In this document: piece by piece, positions 34,167-44,289 of the stretch
Layout: each line of letters starts with the position of its first letter
How positions within the stretch are numbered: the first letter of the stretch is position 1
Origin: Auanema rhodensis
Taxonomy: Eukaryota; Animalia; Nematoda
Assembly: GCA_964057225.1 (NCBI GenBank)
Contig: OZ059900.1
Coordinates: 13,764,001-13,828,000, forward strand
Direction of reading: 5' to 3'
Length of the DNA: 64,000 nucleotides
The notes under the pieces: generated by a model
The model's database searches: none
What the model was told of the DNA's origin: nothing
Seen by the model: only the letters and a program-made list of their open reading frames with translations
Made by a program: the position numbers and the translations under genes

Positions 34167-37100
34167 TAGTCTCCTTTTGATATTTCATTTATATATCATT
34201 TAGTATAAGAACCCATGTAGGAAGTGCCCTCTCATATTCCTTCATTCTTCTCTCAGATCTCAACTCTCTAGTATGATGTAGCTATCTTTCTACTCTATAG
34301 CCGTCCAGCATCAGATCCCATAAACAAGCATCTCTCTCAGAATCCCTTACTATTCTTTCAGGTCTATGCCCTCAAGTATAATCCAACTCTTTCTCTTCTA
34401 TAGTCGTCTGGCATGAACATCTCTCCAATGTTCCCGCACTCTTCTCACTGCTCTAAACCCTCTAGTATGATCTAACTATTTTTCCTAGATAGTGGTCCAA
34501 AAGCCGATCCCGTATAGGAGCAGCTCTCTCAGATTTCCTTAGTATTCTCACAGCTCTGAACTCTCTAGTCTGATCCAACTCTTTCTCTTCTATAGTCGTC
34601 TGGCATGAACATCTCTCCAATGTTCCCGCACTCTTCTCACTGCTCTAAACCCTCTAGTATGATCCAACTATTTTTCCTAGATAGTTGTCTAAAATCCGAT
34701 CCCATATACGAGCATCTCTCTCAGATTCCCTTACTATTCTCACAGCTCTGAACCCTCTAGTCTGATCCAACTATTTCTCCTCTATAGTCGTCTGGCATGA
34801 ACATCTCTCCAATGTTCCCGCACTCTTCTCACTGCTCTAAACCCTCTAGTATGATCTAACTATTTTTCCTAGATAGTGGTCCAAAAGCCGATCCCGTATA
34901 GGAGCAGCTCTCTCAGATTCCCTTACTATTCTCACAGCTCTGAACCCTCTAGTCTGATCCAACTATTTCTCCTCTATAGTCGTCTGGCATGAACATCTCT
35001 CCAATGTTCCCGCACTCTTCTCACTGCTCTAAACCCTCTAGTATGATCTAACTATTTTTCCTAGATAGTGGTCCAAAAGCCGATCCCGTATAGGAGCATC
35101 TCTCTCAGAATCCCTTACTATTCTTTCAGGTCTATGCCCTCAAGTATAATCCAACTCTTTCTCTTCTATAGTCGTCTGGCATGAACATCTCTCCAATGTT
35201 CCCGCACTCTTCTCACTGCTCTAAACCCTCTAGTATGATCTAACTATTTTTCCTAGATAGTGGTCCAAAAGCCGATCCCGTATAGGAGCATCTCTCTCAG
35301 AATCCCTTACTATTCTTTCAGGTCTATGCCCTCAAGTATAATCCAACTCTTTCTCTTCTATAGTCGTCTGGCATGAACATCTCTCCAATGTTCCCGCACT
35401 CTTCTCACTGCTCTAAACCCTCTAGTATGATCCAACTATTTTTCCTAGATAGTTGTCTAAAATCCGATCCCATATACGAGCATCTCTCTCAGATTCCCTT
35501 ACTATTCTCACAGCTCTGAACCCTCTAGTCTGATCCAACTATTTCTCCTCTATAGTCGTCTGGCATGAACATCTCTCCAATGTTCCCGCACTCTTCTCAC
35601 TGCTCTAAACCCTCTAGTATGATCTAACTATTTTTCCTAGATAGTGGTCCAAAAGCCGATCCCGTATAGGAGCAGCTCTCTCAGATTCCCTTACTATTCT
35701 CACAGCTCTGAACCCTCTAGTCTGATCCAACTATTTCTCCTCTATAGTCGTCTGGCATGAACATCTCTCCAATGTTCCCGCACTCTTCTCACTGCTCTAA
35801 ACCCTCTAGTATGATCTAACTATTTTTCCTAGATAGTGGTCCAAAAGCCGATCCCGTATAGGAGCAGCTCTCTCAGATTCCCTTACTATTCTCACAGCTC
35901 TGAACCCTCTAGTCTGATCCAACTATTTCTCCTCTATAGTCGTCTGGCATGAACATCTCTCCAATGTTCCCGCACTCTTCTCACTGCTCTAAACCCTCTA
36001 GTATGATCCAACTATTTTTCCTAGATAGTGGTCCAAAAGCCGATCCCGTATACGAGCATCTCTCTCAGAATCCCTTACTATTCTCCCAGCTCTGAACCCT
36101 CTAGTCTGATTCAACTATTTCTCCTCTATAGTTGTCTCAAATCCGATCCCATATACGAGCAGCTCTCTCAGAATCCCTCACTATTCTTTCAGGTCTATGC
36201 CCTCTAGTATGATCATACTATTTCTCCTCTATAGTGGTCCAGCATCAGATCCCATACACGAGCATCTCTCTCAGAATCCCTTACTATTCTTTCAGGTCTA
36301 TGCTCTCTAGTATGATCCAGCTCTTTCTCTTCTATAGTCGTCTGGCAGGAACATCTCTCCAATGTTCCCGCACTCTTCTCACAGCTCTGAACCCTCTAGT
36401 CTGATCCAACTATTTCTCCTCTATAGTTGTCTCAAATCCGATCCCATATACGAGCAGCTCTCTCAGAATCCCTTACTATTCTCACAGCTCTGAACCTTCT
36501 AGTATGATCCAACTATCTCTCCTCTATAGTTGTCTCATATCCGATCCCTTATACGAGCAGCTCTCTCAGAATCCCTTACTATTCTTTCAGGTCTATGCTC
36601 TCTAGTATGATCCAGCTCTTTCTCTTCTATAGTCGTCTGGCAGAAACATCTCTCCAATGTTCCCGCACTCTTCTCACAGCTGTGAACCCTCTAGTCTGAT
36701 CCAACTATTTCTCCTCTATAGTTGTCTAAAATCCGATCCCATATACGAGCAGCTCTCTCAGAATCCCTTAGTATTCTCACAGCTCTGAACCCTCTAGTCT
36801 GATCCAACTATTTCTCCTCTATAGTTGTCTCAAATCCGATCCCATATACGAGCAGCTCTCTCAGAATCCCTCACTATTCTTTCAGGTCTATGCCCTCTAG
36901 TATGATCATACTATTTCTCCTCTATAGTGGTCCAGCACCAGATCCCATACACGAGCATCTCTCTCAGAATCCCTTACTATTCTTTCAGGTCTATGCTCTC
37001 TAGTATGATCCAGCTCTTTCTCTTCTATAGTCGTCTGGCAGGAACATCTCTCCAATGTTCCCGCACTCTTCTCACAGCTCTGAACCCTCTAGTCTGATCC

Positions 37101-38600
37101 AACTATTTCTCCTCTATAGTTGTCTCAAATCCGATCCCATATACGAGCAGCTCTCTCAGAATCCCTTACTATTCTCACAGCTCTGAACCTTCTAGTATGA
37201 TCCAACTATCTCTCCTCTATAGTTGTCTCATATCCGATCCCATATACGAGCAGCTCTCTCAGAATCCCTTACTATTCTTTCAGGTCTATGCTCTCTAGTA
37301 TGATCATACTATTTCTCCTCTATACTGGTCCAGCATCAGATCCCATACACGAGCATCTCTCTCAGAATCCCTTACTATTCTTTCAGGTCTATGCCCTCAA
37401 GTATAATCCAACTCTTTCTCTTCTATAGTCGTCTGGCATGAACATCTCTCCTATTTTACCGCACTCTTCTCACAGCTCTGAACCCTCTAGTATGATCCAA
37501 CTATCTCTCCTCTATAGTGGTCCAGCACCAGATCCCATATATGAACATCTACCTCAGAGTCCCTCACTATTCTTTCAGCTCTGAACCCTCTAGTCTGATC
37601 CAACTATTTCTCCTCTATAGTTGTCTCATATCCGATCCCATATACGAGCAGCTCTCTCAGAATCCCTTACTATTCTTTCAGGTCTATGCCCTCTAGTATG
37701 ATCATACTATTTCTCCTCTATAGTGGTCCAGCATCAGATCCCATACACGAGCATCTCTCTCAGAATCCCTTACTATTCTTTCAGGTCTATGCCCTCAAGT
37801 ATAATCCAACTCTTTCTCTTCTATAGTCGTCTGGCATGAACATCTCTCCTATTTTACCGCACTCTTCTCACAGCTCTGAACCCTCTAGTATGATCCAACT
37901 ATCTCTCCTCTATAGTGGTCCAGCACCAGATCCCATATATGAACATCTATCTCAGAGTCCCTCACTATTCTTTCAGCTCTGAACCCTCTAGTCTGATCCA
38001 ACTATTTCTCCTCTATAGTCGTCTGGCATGAACATCTCTCCAATGTTCCCGCACTCTTCTCACTGCTCTAAACCCTCTAGTATGATCTAACTATTTTTCC
38101 TAGATAGTGGTCCAAAAGCCGATCCCATATATGAACATCTCTCTCAGATTCCCTCGCTCTTCTCTGAGCTCTAAACCGTTTAGTATGATCCAGCTTTTTC
38201 TCTTCTATATCATCTGGCATAAGAACCCATGTATGATCATCTCTCTTAGTGTCCCTCATTTTTCTCTGAGCTCTCAACCCTCTAGTATGATTAAAGTCTT
38301 TCTCTGTTCGTCTAGCATCAAATTCCATGTACTAACATCTCTCTCTGATTCTCTCGTCTTCTTTCAGGTCTCAACCCTCTAGTATGATTCAAAACTTTCT
38401 CTGTTCTATTGTCGTCCAGCATGAGATCCCATATAGAAACATCTCTCCTATGTTCGCTCACACTTCTTTCAGTCCTAAACCCTCTAAGATGATTCTGCTG
38501 TTTCTATTCTATAGTCGGCTAGCCTTAGAATCAATATAGGATCATCTGTCTTAGGTTCCCCCATCTTTTCTTCTACTATAAGCTCTGCAGTATGTTTCCG
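34167..38600. repeat. Tandem satellite-like array, about 45 monomers of 103 bp and 89 bp with higher-order repeats
   Basis: Monomer starts (TAGTATGAT/TAGTCTGAT/AAGTATAAT) at 34269, 34374, 34463, 34566, 34655 ... 35999, 36102, 36205, 36308, 36397 ... 37989, 38078, 38181. Degenerate edge units are 102, 105, 102, 97, 105 and 103 bp. The plus strand is strongly C/T-rich. Confidence 0.97.
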
Positions 38601-39261
38601 CTGTTTCACTCAGAAAAAAATATTTAAAAAATCTTTTCTTGAAACCTCCAGGACAACGTCATTAAGTGTAACCGTTTATTAAAAAATCTGGCATAACTTT
38701 ATTAATATATATATTTATATATATATTTATGTATAATATTTAGTGGTATTTTTAATATAATATCAAATTAAAAAATAGAATGCATCCTGGGATTTAGAAC
38801 AAATAGGACAAAATTGTGACAAGCTTGTGAAAAATGACAGTTTTTTAAAAGAAATATCTCAGAAAATGTAGCGAATCACCTACAGACTGACTTAGATAAA
38901 AGATAGTGCAATAAAATGAGATTACGGAATAGCATATGATCATATCTGAACAGAATTCTAAACGCGGGTAGGAAGAACGGTGCTTTGATTTTGATCTCCC
39001 TTTTTGATTGTAAAGGACAAACAAGTATATTGATATACATAAAATAATAAATGTTAAACAATAAGAATAAAATAATTAAGTTAGGGAAATGAATAAGCTT
39101 AACTATATGTTTTTATCACACAAGGTGAATGAAAATATGTCCCATCAACTAGCAAGGCTGTTAAGACTGTTGTATGGGTGACTATACGAAAAAAGGTTGT
39201 TAGAATCTTCTTTGGAAATGTGCTGATGTCTACAAGCTAGTGATGATCTATATACGACTGA

Positions 39262-42200
39262 CTACTTTTTCTTTTTGTGTGAGTGACTAGCAAAGGACTG
39301 ATGACGTTTTTCGCCAGTTTTCTTCATCCGTTTTATTTGACATTTCTGGCAGTACCATTCCATATCTTCTGCAGGTGCCTCATAAATTCCCACACAGTTC
39401 CTGAACGAATATATATTAGAATCTTCATCTTGAATTGAAATTTAAAGCAGTCGTCTAACTAACCAATGAAACCAATTGTCGCAATTGTCGCATCCAATCA
39501 TTGTGGCATCTTCAGTCCAAGCTACAGAGCAAGCAGGGCAAATCCAAATCTGAGAATGGAAATGTAAGCTACATTTCTTTTATGCATTACTTACCTCTTC
39601 ATCGGCACTATCGCCAACATTCGATGTTTTGTCATCACTTTGCTTTGATGAAGGTTCTCTTTTTCGGCGCTTTTTCTCTGAAAAAAAAAAGATTTTTTTG
39701 GAAAAAAAGATGATCAAACCTGAGTGACAAGTATGAGGATTAGATTCTTTTCTCAATTTCTTTTTTGAACTTCCATTCAGCTTCTCAGGAGTAGATTTCT
39801 TTTTCTCTTCTTCGGGGGTTGCAAGAGTAACTTTTAATGAGCTTTTGCTACTTATTGCAGGCGAATTAGACTATAATAAAATGATATAAACTTGAGGAGA
39901 CGCTATAGCTTACTTCATATTTCACGTTCAAATCAATAAAGCTGTTTCGAGAATCTGTTCGTTCAACAGCTTTATTAACTAGTGGTAGTCCTAACTTCAA
40001 TTTTGGAACCTTTCTTTCTTGCTCGTTGTCCGGCATGAAAGTACTAGCTGGTTTGTCGTCCCTGAAAAAGAAATATGTTAGAAAAAGGTATGAAAAATGA
40101 AATATAAATTCAGAAAATATTCAAGCTAGTATTGAAATAGATGTTTGGTTTAGAGTAAGACATTGCATATCAATATACGGCTGAACAGTAATTGACAGGA
40201 TTGCAATAAATACCATAAAACAAATCATAAAGCAGGAAAATCTTATCTGGATAATAAACATGTAGAAACAAATAATTCAATATTTTCCTATCTGAAATAT
40301 ATAAATATGACAGTTCGACTGGAAAATACTGACTGGTTGAAAGATGTATGAGAATAAAAAATGAAGAGAAACCTAGATACGAAAGTAGATGGAAACAGAA
40401 AGGATTGTGAAAATTTATGTATATGCATATCAGAGTCAGCTAACTAGAGCTAATAGGAAAATATAGAGTGTACATAAGGCGGAGAAAACGAGAAAGAGAG
40501 CAGAAACGAGGCCGAGAACGAGATAGTAAAGGAGAGAGAAAAGCGAAAGAGACATATAGACAGAAGATATTCGGCAATACTAGAAGAAGTGCTTTCCTCA
40601 AGGCTCTAATAATGGCAATGTACACCCATAAAGATAGCTAATTAAATTGGTATTTATAAATAAACCGCTTAAAAGCTGAGTTTATTCTAATTACATATAT
40701 ATCAATACATATATATATATATATATATTATACTATATATGTTATACTATATAGATATAGTATAATAACTCTTGATTACTATTAAGGTTACTCTGGAGAT
40801 TTAACCATGGCACAGGCATAATAACTGCAGAAATTACTTACGAGAGCTTAATTCGCAGCTTCATATTGGAATCGATAGGAGCCGGTGAGGGCGCATCGGG
40901 AGAACATATAATAGGAGATGGCTGAGGATCCGAGAGCCTAATAGTCAATTTAATCTTATTCTCTGAAAATAAATCAATAGAGGGAGCAATATGATGGGTT
41001 CAAATAAATAATTATAATATTTAAAAAAATCTATTTTTTTTTTAAAATAGGATTTGATATTGAGAAGAAACGCTGAATAAATTTACCTGATATGTCATTA
41101 ACATTAATATGTCGTTTCTCTTTATGAGAATGACTTCGTTTACTTTTATGCCGATTCTTCTCTTTACTTTTCTTCTTATCTTTCTCCTTTTCTTTTTTAG
41201 ACTTTTTCTCTTTTTTATGTTTCTTGTGCTTCTTAGGTTTTTCCGGCTCTTCAAACATCGCTGGATCAGTAGCGTCAGATAAATTGTTCAAATCCTCATT
41301 CTAAAAAGTTAATTTCAACTCAAAAGAAAAAATAGTAACTACTTCGCAGTTTGGTGTAATGGGAATATCTGTCAAAGCAAGTGCAACTTTCTCACTAAAG
41401 TCTTGCTCCTGCTTCGATCGTTCACCAATATAAGATAAAGGAGAATAACTAGCAGGAACAATAGCGTCTTCTAAAAATATCGATTTTTATAAAAGATTGA
41501 AAATTAATTATTTCGTTCGAATTGAACAAAACATACCTTGGCAAGGAGATATGCTTTTTAAAACTGGTGATGAAACAGCAGATTCTTCTTTTTCAGATCT
41601 CATAGCTCTAGCATGTGGATTACTGATAACTATTTTAAGCCCATCTGAAACAAGAACAAGCAGAGTCAAGAAAAATTTCAAAAAAAAAGTATGCAGAACT
41701 CACTAGAAGAGCTGCTCGAAACCTCCATTCGCATAGGCGGAGTAGCGTCACGTGCAGTGCGCCTGGCTTGAGCTTCCGCTTCCAAAAGCATCTGGGTGCG
41801 TAACTTTTCCTCTAATTCCGCCTGCTCTCGTCGCCCATCTATGTCTTCCTGAAATGAAATGAACAATAAATATTGCTTATTAAAACGAGTATTTTACCTT
41901 GGAATTTTTAATTATAGGTTGTTCATTATTTACATTTTCATTACGACGTGTGCGTTCAAGAGAAGAGCTGAAACTCAATATAAAAATAAATTCATACGAA
42001 ACCGAAAAACAGTACCGATTAGTATTGCTTGGTTTATTCGATTTGGGATTTGTTACAGAAGTACTTGCTTCCTCACTTACAAGAAATGAATCATTGGATG
42101 ATCCAGAATCTATAGAGGATTGGAGAGACCCATTTAAAGATTTTTTCGAGAAGTTCTTGGAAGGATCTAAAATTAACCAGCCTTAACCTCATCGACTTTC

Positions 42201-43589
42201 ATTGTTGTAACTTACATTCATCATTCACACGTTGAAGCAAAGGCATGGGAGATGCATTTTCAGGTTTCTTTGGAACCGGAGTCTAAAAGCAAATGGTAAA
42301 ACTAGAAAATAGAGAGAAAAAAATAAAAAAGACGGGATGAAAAAATCAAACGAAATAGAAAAAAAGATGAATTCACCTGCTGTTGAACGTCCAAGCTTTC
42401 CCGTTTGTTACTATTTTTTGGTTTAGTGTTAGTATTACTAGTTTTGACTTTCTTAGTATAGTCTCGTTTCTATCAAATAAAATTTATAAAATTCCGAAGA
42501 GATATTATAAGTTACCTTCTTTTTTGGATTACACAGTTTATCAGGTACATCAATGATAGGAGGTGGATCATAATGTTTCTCATTAGTTATTCGTTCTTTC
42601 ACTATAAAGTTTGTCCGTTAATTGCAAAAATTGTTAATAATAACTGACCGGATGAAATCGGAACATCTGGACTCTGATGCCGTTTGATGGGTTTAATTAT
42701 TCGCTTAGCTAATTTGAGATCAAACGCTGTCATATTGGCAAAATCGGGAAATTGTGGAGGGGCACTAAATGAAAGTTTACTCTTATGTTCACGTTTCTAT
42801 TCTTACTTTTTCTTTGTAACAGGCTTAACCGCTAAATAATCTTCACCTATAAAAATATTTTTGAAATTTAGAAATAAAATAAAATTTACTTTTTTTTGGC
42901 ATCCACATACGTGGAAAAAAACTGGGGATATGCTCTGGACGTGTCTTGAAAAGAATATTTAAATGGCGCATAATGAGTCATTCTTACCAATAACTCATCT
43001 TCTGTCGGTGGAGGATAGAAGAAAGGTTGGTTCCTGGAATGTGATACTGGGAACTGTGGGACCTAAAAAAAACTTTTTTGAATGCTTTGTTGAGTATAGA
43101 AGCCTACAGATAGTGTTGGTGTTTTCAAATTTCCTACTTGCTCGAGATAATCATATAATTCCACTGTTGAAAACTGCATTTTACGAAACGCTAATGCAAG
43201 ATCATTAGGAATGAGTTGAGTACGACCAGCTTGAAAAAAATATATTTACACTATATAACTAATTGGAAATTAGATTAATCTGTTAGTGATAGATTATAAA
43301 TTTTATATATATATATATTAATCAAAATTAATTAATTATAATTCAATTAATATACCATGTTCAGCATAAAATTTGCTTTTACCACATAGCGACACCATAA
43401 AGCGACGAGCAATATCAATAATAATGTTCAAAGATTCCTCATTAATTGCCGAAAAACCTGAGGGAAATAAATGTATGATTAATCCCTGGAGAATGTCGAC
43501 ATACCTATGTTATTCAAAACATTCGACACTGCTATGCGAAGATGTTCCACTGCGAATTCCTCAGTGGTCAAAAATTCATTCATTGCCAT
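39262..43589 (-). CDS. taf-3: TFIID subunit TAF3 (N-terminal BTP/histone fold, Lys-rich middle, C-terminal PHD finger)
   Basis: MAMNEFLTTEEFAVEHLRIAVSNVLNNIG|FSAINEESL...YAEH|AGRT...DLALAF, then a KKHKKHKKEKK tract, then IWICPACSVAWTEDATMIGCDNCDNWFHW|NCVGIYEAPAEDMEWYCQKC. Confidence 0.9.
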
Positions 43590-44289
43590 TATGAAATAAT
43601 TAGCAATTGTGTTATTGCAAACAGTTTTTTTCTCAAAACAGGTAGCAATTCAATTCATGGCATAATAATCAAATTCATCTGATATATAGACATAACATAA
43701 AACTCTGCAAATAAAAATAATCAAAAAAAAGATTTCAATAATTTCATATATATTTTTTTCAATCAACGCAAAAGAGACAAGATGAAATATAAAATATCCC
43801 TAATTCTGAATTTACATTCCTGGGAAAATTGTAATTATGGATTTTTTTTCGCGTGGGAACAGCGTCATGTCGTGTGAAGAAAAAGTGTACGTGGCGCCGT
43901 CCAATATAAAATACGCCCTACTTTAAGAAAGGGTAATAAACAGGACGTGGGATATACACGTATACATATGATTGATATAGAATATTTGTATAAACATATA
44001 CTATACATATATCGATTTTTTTTGTTTCTCTAACTTACTATTTCTTTTATCAAACAATTCAAATATTTGTTGAAAAGTTGAAAGAAGTTTGTTAAAATAT
44101 TTTAAAGTTTTATTATTAACTCATATTTTTATGTTTTTATTGATTATAAAGAAATATTATAATTTTAGAACAATAGTAAAAGGATCATCTACTAAATTAA
44201 AACTTGTGTGTACGAAAAAATTATTCAATAACACAACATAATAGTTAATTATTTATTGATAAATAATTTAGAGGCACATCTTTTTTATT

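Noticed and set aside
34374-38181. Array as one protein read by +1 frameshifting at each TAG (103=102+1, 89=87+2) on the minus strand
   Set aside because: Frame restoration is largely an arithmetic consequence of the monomer lengths. Many central monomers have an extra in-frame TGA (CGG ATT TGA / ATA TGA), and differences between monomers are mostly non-synonymous.
34167-38600. CRISPR array or hammerhead-ribozyme satellite
   Set aside because: There are no unique spacers, no cas genes and the context is eukaryotic. No CUGANGA...GAAA core was found on either strand.
38601-38608. piRNA Ruby motif CTGTTTCA (also near 60108)
   Set aside because: Only isolated occurrences with no clustering, as expected by chance in AT-rich DNA.
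33600-38830. Array as cargo of a DNA transposon or Helitron
   Set aside because: No terminal inverted repeats, target-site duplication or transposase fragments were seen in the flanks.
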